From Eledone cirrhosa (lineage: Eukaryota), in the NCBI GenBank assembly GCA_964016885.1, contig OZ024764.1, positions 27,218,001 through 27,282,000 of the forward strand: 64,000 bases of DNA. Direction: 5' to 3'. The notes beneath the pieces are model-generated. The model was given only the letters and a program-made list of their open reading frames with translations. It was not told where the DNA came from and did no database searches. Shown one piece after another: positions 12,901-23,482 of the stretch. How positions within the stretch are numbered: the stretch's first letter is position 1; every line of letters begins with the position of its first letter. A program made the translations under genes and the position numbers.

Positions 12901-15900
12901 TGCGTTTCATCTCGCTCTCCCTGTCTCATTTCATCTCGCTCTCTCTCTCTCTTCCTCTCTCTTGTTTCAACACCCTAATCCCTCACTTGTTTTATCTCTC
13001 TCTAATCCCTCACTTGTTTCATCTCTCTCAGAATTATTAGCCACAGGGGCAGAGATGTCCATAACATTACATGTCAGAGTTATTAGCCACAGGGGCAGAG
13101 ATGTCCATAACGTTACATGACAATTATTAGCCCCAAGGGCAGATATGTCCATAACATTACATGACAGAGTTTCATCTCGCGCTCTCTCTCTCTCGTTTCA
13201 TCTCGCGCTCTCTCTCTTCCTCTCTCTCGTTTCATCTCGCTCTCTCTCTCTCTCGTTTCACCTCTGTCTTCCATCTCTCTCTTCCTCTCTCTCGTTCCAT
13301 CTCACTCTTCCTCTCTCTCATTTCATCTCTCTCTCTCGTTTCATCTCTATCTCTCTCTCTCGTTTCATCTGTCTCTCTCTCTGTCGTTTCATCTCCCTCT
13401 ATCTCTCTCTCCCTCTCGTTTCATCTCGCTCTCTCTCTCCTGTTTCATCTCGCTCTCTCTCTCCTGTTTCATCTCGCTCTCTACTCTCGTTTCCTCTCTC
13501 TCTCCCTCCTGTTTCATCTCGCTCTCTCTCTCTCGTTTCATCTCGCTCTCACTCTCTCGTTTCATCTCGCTCTCTCTCTGTCTCGTTTCATCTCGCTCTC
13601 TCTCTCTCATTTCATCTCGCTCTCTCTCTCTCATTTCATCTCGCTCTCTCTCTCTCGTTTCATCTCGCTCTCACTCTCTCGTTTCATCTCGCTCTCACTC
13701 TCTCGTTTCATCTCGCTCTCCCTGTCTCGTTTCATCTCGCTCACACTCTCTCATTTCATCTCGCTCTCTCTCTCTTCTTTCAACACTCTAATCCCTCACT
13801 TGTTTCATCTCTCTCAGAATTATTAGCCACAGGGGCAGAGATGACCATAACATTACATGTCAGAATTATTAGCCACAGGGGCAGAGATGTCCATAACATT
13901 ACATGTCAGAATCATTAGCCACAGGGGCAGAGATGTCCATAACATTACATGACAGAATTATTAGCCACAGGGGCAGAGATGACCATAACATTACATGACA
14001 ATTATTAGCCACAGGGGCAGATATGTCAATAACATTACATGACAGAGTTTCATCTCGCGCTCTCTCTCTCTCTCGTGTCATCTTGCGCTCTCTCTCTGTC
14101 GTTTCCTCTCGCTCTCTCTCTCTCTCGTTTCATCTCTGTCTTCCTCTCTCTCGTTCCATCTCTCTCTTCCTCTCTCTCGTTCCATCTCTCTCTTCCTCTC
14201 TCTCGTTTCATCTGTCTCTCTCTCTCGGTCGTTTCATCTCGCGCTCTCTCTCTCTCGTTTCATCTCGCGCTCTCTCTCTCTCATTTCATCTCGCTCTCTC
14301 TCTCTCTCGTTTCATCTCTGTCTTCCTCTCTCTCTTCCTCTCTCTCGTTCCATCTCTCTCTTCCTCTCTCTCGTTTCATCTCTATCTCCCTCGTTTCATC
14401 TCTCTCTCGCTCTCTCGTTTCATCTCTCTCTCCCTCTCGTTTCATCTCGCTCTCTCTCTTCTGTTTCATCTCGCTCTCTACTCCCGTCTCCTCTCTGTCG
14501 TTTCCTCTCTGTCTCGTTTCATCTCGCTCTCCCTGTCTCATTTCATCTCGCTCTCTCTCTCTCTCTTCCTCTCTCTCTCTTGTTTCAACACTCTAATCCC
14601 TCACTTGTTTTATCTCTCTCTAATCCCTCACTTGTTTCATCTCTCTTAGAATTATTAGCCACAGGGGCAGAGATGTCCATAACATTACATGTCAGAATTA
14701 TTAGCCACAGGGCAGAGATGTCCATAACATTACATGTCAGAATTATTAGCCACAGGGGCAGAGATGTCCATAACATTACATGACAGAGTTTCATCTCGCT
14801 CTCTCTCTCTCTCGTTTCATCAGTGTCTTCCTCTCTCTCGTTCCATCTCTCTCTTGCTCTCTCTCGTTCCATCTCTATCTTCATCTCTCTCGTTTCATCT
14901 CTATCTCCCTCCTTTCATCTGTCTCTCTCTCTGTCGTTTCATCTCGCGCTCTCTCTCTCTCGTTTCATCTCGCGCTCTCTCTCTCTTTCTCTCTCTCGTT
15001 TCATCTCTATCTCCCTCGTTTCATCTGTCTCTCGCTCTCTCGTTTCATCTCTCTCTCCCTCTCGTTTCATCTCGCTCTCTACTCTCGTTTCCTCTCTCTC
15101 GCGTTCCATCCCGCTCTCTCTCTCTCTCATTACATCTCGCTCTCTCTGTCTCGTTTCATCTCGCTCTCTCTCTCTCTCGTTTCATCTCGCTCTCACTCTC
15201 TCGTTTCATCTCGCTTCTCTCACTCTCGTGTTTCATCTCGCTCTCCCTGTCTCATTTCATCTCGCTCTCTCTCTCTCTTCCTCTCTCTCTCTTGTTTCAA
15301 CACTCTAATCCCTCACTTGTTTTATCTCTCTCTAATCCCTCACTTGTTTCATCTCTCTCAGAATTATTAGCCACAGGGGCAGAGATGTCCATAACTTTAC
15401 ATGTCAGAATTATTAGCCACAGGGCAGAGATGTCCATAACATTACATGTCAGAATTATTAGCCACAGGGGCAGAGATGTCCATAACATTACATGACAGAA
15501 TTATTAGCCACAGGGGCAGAGATGTCCATAACATTACATGTCAGAATTATTAGACACAGGGCAGAGATGTCCATAACATTACATGTCAGAATTATTAGCC
15601 ACAGGGGCAGAGATGTCCATAACATTACATGTCAGAATTATTAGCCACAGGGGCCGAGATGTCCATAACATTACATGAAAGAATTATTAGCCACAGGGGC
15701 AGAGATGTCCATAACATTACATGACAGAATTATTAGCCACAGGGGCAGAGATGTCCATAACATTACATGACAATTATTAGCCCCAAGGGCAGATATGTCC
15801 ATAACATTACATGACAGAGTTTCATCTGGCGCTCTCTCTCTTCCTCTCTCTCGTTTCATCTCTGTCTTCCTCTCTCTCGTTCCATCTCTCTCTTCCTCTC

Positions 15901-16350
15901 GCTCGTTCCATCTCTCTCTTCCTCTCTCTCGTTTCATCTCGCTCTCACTCTCTCGTTTCATCTCGCTTCTCTCACTCTCGCGTTTCATCTCGCTCTCCCT
16001 GTCTCATTTCATCTCGCTCTCTCTCTCTCTTCCTCTCTCTCTCTTGTTTCAACACTCTAATCCCTCACTTGTTTTATCTCTCTCTAATCCCCCACGTGTT
16101 TCATCTCTCTCAGAATTATTAGCCACAGGGGCAGAGATGTCCATAACATTACATGTCAGAATTATTAGCCACAGGGCAGAGATGTCCATAACATTACATG
16201 TCAGAATTATTAACCACAGGGGCAGAGATGTCCATAACATAACATGACAGAATTATTAGCCACAGGGGCAGAGATGTCCATAACATTACATGACAGAATT
16301 ATTAGCCACAGGGGCAGATATGTCCATAACATTACATGACAGAGTTTCAT
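6981..16350 (-). repeat. Same composite satellite, inverted (pyrimidine-rich on +); left arm of macro-unit 1
   Basis: Reverse-complement monomers gaattattagccacaggggcagagatgtccataacattacatgaca alternate with (tc)n-gtttcatctcgc blocks. The array ends at ...agagtttcat|ctggttgg. Confidence 0.97.
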
Positions 16351-16391
16351 CTGGTTGGAGTAATAACAGTCTTGTTTATGTATATACACAC

Positions 16392-16423
<32 letters not shown>

Positions 16424-16527
16424 GTTTGTTCTTGTATTTCTATAGAAAAGGTAAAGAAAAGAAGAATGCTCTATGTATTGTACAGAGCTATTTAATTACA
16501 TAATAAACAACAGAATATAATTATTCC

Positions 16528-16965
16528 ATGCAAATAGACTTAGAATGGAAAACATTCAGACAGAGAAGAATGGATAATGAGCGTCGTAAGAGAAATTGGC
16601 CAACAATTAATATTAATGGAAATCTAGAAGAATTTCATATTAGTGATATGAATGTTTCGTGTGATCACTGTGAAGCTTTGAAATTTAGAAATGAAAATTG
16701 TAACTGTTGTAATAAAGGAAAGGTTGTGTTGCCTCCATTGCAAATATACCCCGAGAGACTGAGAAATCTCTTTGAAAGAGGCCAGGAAGCAGTTGATTTC
16801 ACAGAAACGTCTGCAATTAAAACTACATTTATTTCACTTCATTTGGTGTTACCACCCGGCAGAGGCCCGTATAGCTTTCATATTCAGGGTCAAACATATC
16901 ACTACACCCCCATCTCTGTAACCTGCAGAAAATACACCACAATATGGCCAGTTATATATTATTGA
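16528..16965 (+). pseudogene. Helitron RepHel N-terminal zinc-finger region (frameshifted)
   Basis: CDHCEALKFRNENCNCCNKGKVVLPPLQIYPERL and FHIQGQTYH match the CxxC..A.kF..E..CC..GKV.LP and RI.GQ.YH motifs typical of Helitron RepHel N-termini. Confidence 0.85.
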
Positions 16966-17011
16966 TGGGAACGAAGGTGTGTAGCACAGATTGGAAGTAC
17001 GACCAAATAAT

Positions 17012-17180
17012 TGTTTCTGGCACAAGGCCAGCAATTACTGGTACTTTATTCTATCGACCTCATAAGGATGAAAACAAAGTCAACCTTGGAGGGATTTGAA
17101 CCCAGAACGTAAAGGGCCATAACCCTATGCTGCAAAGCATGGTGTCTGACGCTCTACCGATACTGCCAATCCACCGCCCT
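17012..17180 (-). mobile_element. tRNA-derived SINE inserted in the Helitron
   Basis: The minus strand has an A-box-like tggcagtatcgg and a B-box gggttcaaatcc. Flanks are a degenerate 16-bp TSD: agtacgaccaaataat (16996-17011) and agtaccaacaaataat (17181-17196). Helitron-like peptide resumes after the insertion. Confidence 0.8.
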
Positions 17181-18480
17181 AGTACCAACAAATAATGAGT
17201 GCTCACCACAAAAAATGGCTATGATAAGAGAGGTGTTGCGTGATGTAATCCATATGTCGAAGTGTACAATACAATGCATGGCATCAAACAGCAAAGTGCA
17301 AGAAGAGAAAATTGTTGTGTACAGAACTGTAAATTAAGATTTAGAAGAGGATCAGATATGAGCTGCTATAATTTACCAACTAGTAATGATAGCTGTTGTT
17401 TTGTGGGGGATTGAGGGCAGACCACCTGTACAAAGAGATATTATCATCTTTCCTAAAGACCATCCTCCTCAGAATATATCACATAATTCATGCCACTTGG
17501 ACCTCATGACCAACCCATAATGGTGAATTTTGGTGGCATAGTGACATGGAGAGGAATGCAGGACCTGTGTTTGCAATAGACTGACAATGCAGGAGTATTA
17601 CATATACAGTATAGCATATAGAGGAGGATTTAGTGCGATATATAGGGCAGGTAAATTATTTTAGCAGTATTTAGTGGAAGCCTATATGAAAGTAGGGGGA
17701 TGCAGGCTTCAATATTTGAGGAACAATCAAGCCCAATTGTGAGTGGATGAGTATAATGGTTTAATGAATTATCTAAACAGATGATAACACTGAGCCTTAA
17801 GAAATGAAGACAAGATAAGAAACAGAGAAGACATTGACAGAATCGTGTCAGCAGAAATACCTGCATTGGAAGATGATCAAGTACTACATGAGCAGGTTTA
17901 AAAGTTTATGATACACGGGCCATGTGGTTCTGGAAACCCTTTTCCCCCATTTATACAAAATGGATTTTTCCAAAAGAACTATCCAAAAACCTACAGAAGG
18001 GAAACATTATTGAACCTAAATGGATACCCAGAGTACAGGAGGTGCAAGACAGGAACTGCAGTGTAAATTGGATGACATTCAGTAGATAACAGGAATGTTG
18101 TGCCATTTAATGCCTTTTTGCTTAAGAAATATTGTGCATATATTAATGTTGAAGTTTGTGCTTCTGTAAAAAGTGTCAAGTACCTCTTTAAATATGTTAC
18201 ATGGGGCATGATTGTACATCTATAGAAGTAACGAATAATGCATTACCTAATGAGGCTCAGAACCAACACAACCATGATGAAATAAGAACCTATCTTTGTT
18301 GCAGGTATGTGTCTCAGCCAGAAGCAGTGTCGTGTCTGTCCGAATTTAAGCTTCATGGTACATCACATACATTATACAGCCTAGCCACACACCTGGAGAA
18401 CAAACAGAGTTTACTTTCAAAGAGGCAATGCTCAGGTTGTGGTAGAAATGCAGGGACCCTTGCTGCCTGGTTCAAGCTAA
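17181..18480 (+). pseudogene. Helitron Rep domain remnants with stops, frameshifts and an internal deletion
   Basis: Hand translation gives YNLPT, RDIIIFPK, RLQYLRNNQAQL, DIDRIVSAEIP, MIHGPCG, NGYPEYRR, VDNRNVVPFN..LLKKY.AYINVEVCASVKSVKYLFKYV (Rep motif 3, YxxKY), DEIRTYL..RYVS.PEA and TLAAWFKLN. Confidence 0.9.
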
Positions 18481-18872
18481 ATGAACTTGCTTACACCTTC
18501 TGGGATGCCGCCTCACAAACTCCAATTAAAAGCAGGATCAATAATAATGCTTCTATGGAATATTTCAATCCAGAACAGATTATGTAATGGCACAAGCTTA
18601 GAAGTAGTAGAACTGCATAAACATTTTATCAAAGCTTCTCATATCTATGGTCCTTTGATGGGCAGGTGTGTTTTGATCCCAAGACTGAAGTTAGCCCCCA
18701 GTGGTGCCAACATCCTTTTTACTTTGGAAAGACCCCAGTTTCCATTAAGACTGTCATATGCCATGACAATCAACAAGAACCATGGTCAAATACATGGTAA
18801 AGTGGGTCTGTTCCTCCCTGAGCAAGTATTTAACCCTGGACAATTGTATGTTGCTTTTTCAAGAGTTCACAG
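18481..18872 (+). pseudogene. Helitron PIF1-family helicase, C-terminal part only
   Basis: PSGMPPHKLQLKAG, LCNGT, IPRLKL, RPQFPLRLSYAMTINKNHGQ and VFNPGQLYVAFSRV are PIF1 C-terminal motifs. No Walker A/B is present upstream. Confidence 0.92.
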
Positions 18873-19452
18873 ACATGTAAAAATTAATCCTAGCAAACCC
18901 CCACCACTCCTACAACTGTTAGCTGTTAGCCCACCCCCAGCATCACCCAACCTCCGTTCTAGTCCCACCGTTAGAACCAATGCTGCTTACCCTGCCTCTT
19001 TTACTAGTTCACTCCGTCGCTCGAATTTCAAAGCTGGCCCTCTACACTTGGTCGTTGCCAGCTCACCACCTGGTTGTGCTCTCTGTGTCCGCACTAGCCG
19101 GTACCTAAACACAATAAAATGTCACCTGTGCTACCAAAACTACCACAGGAACTCTGTCGGCATCAGCAAGGCTCAAGCCGAAAGGCTTCAATACTAGACC
19201 TGTAATCAGAGCCACTTTACCTCCGACGACCAGCTTTCTACCGAGTGTGTGTTGATGGAGGGGACATGAGACCAGCAAAGTCCTAGGAGTAGAGACTAGT
19301 AAATAATAAACGGTCCTAGCTATGTTAAGAATATATATAATAAAAATGTTCTATACATTTAAGAAGACAAGAGAAATAAATATTTACCTCTTTCATGTAG
19401 GTAATATAGCGGTGTTATAAAAGTATAATAACTGATGCGGGTAGTTTGTTTC

Positions 19453-20095
19453 AAACTATAACACATATAACTCTATCAGTGAAGCCCTTTAGTATAGGTC
19501 AACTGGGAAACTATAACACATATAACCCTATCAGTGAAGTCCTTTAGTATAGGTCAACTGGGAAACTATAACACATATAACCCTATCAGTGAAGTCCTTT
19601 AGTATAGGTCAACTGGGAAACTATAACACATATAACCCTATCAGTGAAGTCCTTTAGTATAGGTCAACTGGGAAACTATAACACATATAACCCTATCAGT
19701 GAAGTCCTTTAGTATAGGTCAACTGGGAAACTATAACACATATAACCCTATCAGTGAAGCCCTCTGGGAAACTATAACACATATAACTCTATCAGTGAAG
19801 CCCTTTAGTATAGGTCAACTGGGAAACTATAACACATATAACCCTATCAGTGAAGTCCTTTAGTATAGGTCAACTGGGAAACTATAACACATATAACCCT
19901 ATCAGTGAAGTCCTTTAGTATAGGTCAACTGGGAAATTATAACACATATAACCCTATCAGTGAAGTCCTTTAGTATAGGTCAACTGGGAAACTATAACAC
20001 ATATAACCCTATCAGTGAAGTCCTTTAGTATAGGTCAACTGGGAAACTATAACACATATAACCCTATCAGTGAAGTCCTTTAGTATAGGTCAACT
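19453..20095 (+). repeat. 55-bp minisatellite, 12 units (one truncated to 41 bp)
   Basis: Unit aaactataacacatataaccctatcagtgaagtcctttagtataggtcaactggg starts at 19453, 19508, 19563, 19618, 19673, 19728 (short), 19769, and so on to 20044. Confidence 0.97.
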
Positions 20096-20149
20096 AACAG
20101 AAGTATTACGGGTATGGAAAAAATTCTAAATAAGCCTACAACAGTCATT

Positions 20150-20215
20150 GCGGGCCACTCTGACTGGTCAGGTGGGCTCGATTGTGGCCCGCGGGCCGCC
20201 TGTTGTACGCCCCTC
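20150..20215 (+). mobile_element. hAT (Charlie-like) right-terminal fragment
   Basis: gcgggcc...tggcccgcgggccgcctgttgtacgcccctc followed by ctttagac resembles the Charlie-type subterminal ggcccgcgggccg...cccctg end and NTCTAGAN-like target site. Recognised from memory only. Confidence 0.5.
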
Positions 20216-20250
20216 CTTTAGACAGAATATCTATCACTGTTAAGTAATAA

Positions 20251-20457
20251 TGTGATCTGTCGGCCAACTACATTTTCCAGCCTGTGGCGTTTGGGGGAGT
20301 CGGGATACTGACTGCGAGATTCCTATCTTCACTGGCGGCTAGCCTGACGAAGGTGACTGGTGAAGCTCGTGAGGGCACTTGGTTGTTCCAGCTCCTCAGC
20401 CTCGCCATCGCCCGAGGTAACGCTGCAGACGTGCTGGCTTGCCTAAAAAATCATTAG
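20251..20457 (+). pseudogene. CRE-like non-LTR retrotransposon, C-terminal restriction-like endonuclease fragment
   Basis: The frame from 20269 reads YIFQPVAFGGVGILTARFLSSLAASLTKVTGEAREGTWLFQLLSLAIARGNAADVLACLKNH*. This matches the CRE-clade pattern F.PvAfEt.G..G..a..FL..L...TGd.RE..fL.QrLSlAiqRGNA. Not in the ORF track. Confidence 0.75.
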
Positions 20458-20540
20458 AGAGGTTTCCCAGTGCTCCTCGCGATACTGTTAACTTTTGATC
20501 TAGTAGCAGCTCGTTTGTCCACCCCTTTCGCCTGCCTTTG

Positions 20541-20721
20541 GTTGTATGTCGTCCTAGATGTGTGTATTACTTGCTTGTGTGTTGTATGTGGTCCTAGATG
20601 TGTTATTACCTGCTTATGTGGTCCTAGATGTATGTATTACCTGCTGGTGTGTTGTATGTGGTCCCAGATGTGTGGATTACCTGTTTTTGTGTTGGATGTG
20701 GTCCCAAATGTGTGTGCTACC
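20541..20721 (+). repeat. Degenerate ~40-bp minisatellite, about 5 units
   Basis: gttgtatgtggtcctagatgtgtgtattacctgc-like units at 20541, 20581, a short unit, 20651 and 20691. Confidence 0.85.
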
Positions 20722-21310
20722 CGCTTCTGTGATTTGTTTCTTCTTCCTCTCTTCCGAGAAACAATCGTGTATTTTTTAAATCTATTCCATGCGTTAAGTA
20801 ATTAGCAGCAACAACAAACTGATTTTCAGTTGTAAAAAGAATCTTTAAACCTTCACCATTTACATTAACACATACCATACGTTGTCCCAGCCACAAATAA
20901 ACAGTAAAAAAAACTTACTTTGCGGTTAAATTCGTCACAATTAAAAGAAAAATATTTCTAACACGTTTCTAGACAACACCAAGTTTACACCTTCAATATC
21001 CGGTAAAAGTAAAAACAAATTCTGGAGACATTTAACGAAACGAAACTATGTAAAGAAAAACGAAAATTAAACGAAGACAAATAGTAAATTTTAATTTTTA
21101 TTAAATAAAATACCAGTAATTCACTGCAGTAGATTTAATCAACTTTACTCTCTCTGCACAAAAGAAGAAAAAAATTCCTGACTTAGTGCTTAATATATAG
21201 AGAGGGGGAGAGTTTGGTGTTTCTTCATATAGAGAGGTGTATTGGAAGAGAGTGCCGTGTAGTAGATATAGAGAGGGAGAGAGTTAGTGCTAATTGATAT
21301 AAAGAGGGGG

Positions 21311-22240
21311 ATATTCAAATTATCCCCTGTGGGGCGTGCACCCCACGTTGAGAATACCTCATAAATAAATATATGTGAGTGTGTTTCTATGACTGCTATT
21401 TCTAGCAGGTTTACTGCAGTCCTGTAGACGCACAACAAAAACCGGAAGTGGCAGCCATTAAAAAACTTTGGCTTAAAATCAGGCAAAAGTTTTTTAACAA
21501 TTTGCCAAGAAAGATAACTCTTGTCTTACTTAATCGCAAAAATCGAGGCAAAAATTTTGCGGGTGTGCAGTTTGTTTGGTGTATTTGACTGCTATTTCTA
21601 GCATGTATGGACACTTTAGAAATAGCAGCGAAAAACGGAAAACAGCAGAAAGAAGGACACACACCTATATATATATATATATATATACCAGCTATACACT
21701 CACCCATACATATATATATATATATACCAGCTATACACACACCCATATCTACGTATAGGTGTGTGTGCGCGCGTGTATGTATATATAAATATATATATTT
21801 AAATGTATATATCTGTGCATATATATATGTATATATGTATATATATATATATATATACAGATACATAATTATATATATATATATACGTGTGTGACCTTCT
21901 TTCTTATGTTTCCCGTGTTTTGCTGCTATTTCTAAAGTGTCCATATATGCTAGAAATAGCAGTCAAATACACCAAACAAACTGCACACCCGCAACATTTT
22001 TGCCTCGATTTTTGCGATTAAGTAAGACAAGAGTTATCTTTCTTGGCAAATTGTAAAAAAACTTTTGCCTGATTTTAAGCCAAAGTTTTTTAATGGCTGC
22101 CACTTCCGGTTTTTGTTGTGCGTCTACAGGACTGCAGTAAACCTGCTAGAAATAGCAGTCATAGCAACACACTCACATATATTTATTTATGAGGGATTCT
22201 CAACGTGGGGTGCACGCCCCACAGGGGATAATTTGAATAT
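21311..22240. repeat. Long palindrome 1: ~350-bp inverted arms around a (TA)/(CA) microsatellite spacer
   Basis: Arm 21311-~21663 (atattcaaattatcccctgtgg...) is the reverse complement of ~21887-22240 (...ccacaggggataatttgaatat). ORFs 21190(-) and 22065(+) give almost the same translation. Confidence 0.93.
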
Positions 22241-22373
22241 AATAGGGGTCAATTTGAAAGTCATATAATACGACCCAACTCCCTGTTACACTTCGTATAC
22301 ACATGTTATCGTGTATCTGGCAGCACCTGCGAGAAGTTTGTTTACATTAATAAAAACGATGATTCGTTGTCTT

Positions 22374-22415
22374 CAGTAGTTCCAAACCTTTTTTGCTCCA
22401 TGCCCCACCTCAACG
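22374..22415 (+). mobile_element. Possible hAT-like left terminus fragment
   Basis: cagtagttccaaacctttttt..gccccac resembles CAGTGGTTCCCAAACTTTTT Charlie-type ends. Short match, no TSD seen. Confidence 0.3.
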
Positions 22416-22431
22416 TTTAAAAATTAGGTTT

Positions 22432-23424
22432 ATGTTCCCCTTTAATATAGAAATAAACCGAGTCTTGTAAAAGTGTTACTACTGTAATATAAAGTAGAAA
22501 TGCTTTAATTAAACAAAGCTACGATGCCGCGATGATCAAAACAAACTTCAAAATATAAACAAACTTCTCGTAGCTGCTGCCAGATACACGATAACATGTG
22601 AACAAAGTGTAACTGGAAGTTTGGTCGTATTATATCACTTTCTAATTGGCCCCTATTAAATTCAAATTGCCCCCTGTGGGGCGTGTACCCTTCGTTGAGA
22701 ATCCCTGATATATAAATATACATAAGTGTGTTGTTATGACTGCTATTTCTAGTAGGTTTCTGGCTGTCCTGTAGACGCACAACAAAAACCGGAAGTGGCA
22801 GCCATTAAAAAACTTCGGCTTAAAATCAGCCAAAAGATTTTCAATAATAGTAAAATTTTATTTTTGACAAGGACGATAACTTTTGTCTTACTTAATCGCA
22901 AAAATCGAGGCAAAAATTTTGCGGGTGTCCAGTTAACACGCTAAAATAAACCTGCTAGAAATAGCAGTCATAGCCACTCACATATATTTATATATCATAT
23001 ATATATATATATATATATATATCAGCCAAACACACACACTTATATATGTACGTGTGTGTGTGTTGACCGCTATATATATATATAGCAGCCAAACACATAC
23101 ACAGACACACATATATATATATATACATGTGTGTGTCCTCCTCTCGTCTATGGCTGTTATTTTTACATTGTCCTTTTTGTTATTTTTCTCGGGATTTGCC
23201 CGGATTCGAACATGCGACCACCTATTTACAATATAGAATCTTTACAGCTTTACTGACTTTTAAGTAATCCAAGTTGTAACCCCGGATTTAGGGGTGTTTA
23301 ATTTATTTTGAAGTATTTTATTATTGGTCTTAGTTAGACGATCGTCCAAGACCATGCTGGGGCATATATATATATATGTATATATATGTGTGTGTGTGTG
23401 TGTATGCTGGGGCATATATATATA

Positions 23425-23482
<58 letters not shown>

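Larger units (their letters stand above)
16351..19299 (+). mobile_element. Degenerate, internally deleted Helitron (rolling-circle transposon)
   Basis: Zn-finger, Rep and PIF1-helicase motifs occur in the expected order. Candidate 3' end is an imperfect hairpin ccag-caaagtc-ctagg followed by CTAG|T at 19296-19300. The 5' end is cut by the satellite. Confidence 0.88.

Noticed and set aside
216-16247. Long S/L/F/R-rich and E/R-rich ORFs, here and throughout 27691-43924 and 54248-63870
   Set aside because: They are translations of (TC)n/(GA)n satellite, open in several frames at once because stop codons are rare. No domain signal.
18481-19197. Functional 238-aa helicase gene
   Set aside because: It lacks Walker A/B, its start lies at a deletion junction, and the C-terminal extension is lost in copy 2.
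20470-20805. Cys/Val-rich ORFs
   Set aside because: They derive from the 40-bp minisatellite.
22668-22682. Shared cccctgtgg between palindrome arms and the 46-bp monomer as a common origin
   Set aside because: Only about 9 bp match with no flanking similarity, which is compatible with chance.
23190-23260. tRNA gene suggested by gttcgaatcc on the minus strand
   Set aside because: Only a B-box is visible; I could not fold a cloverleaf or find an A-box.
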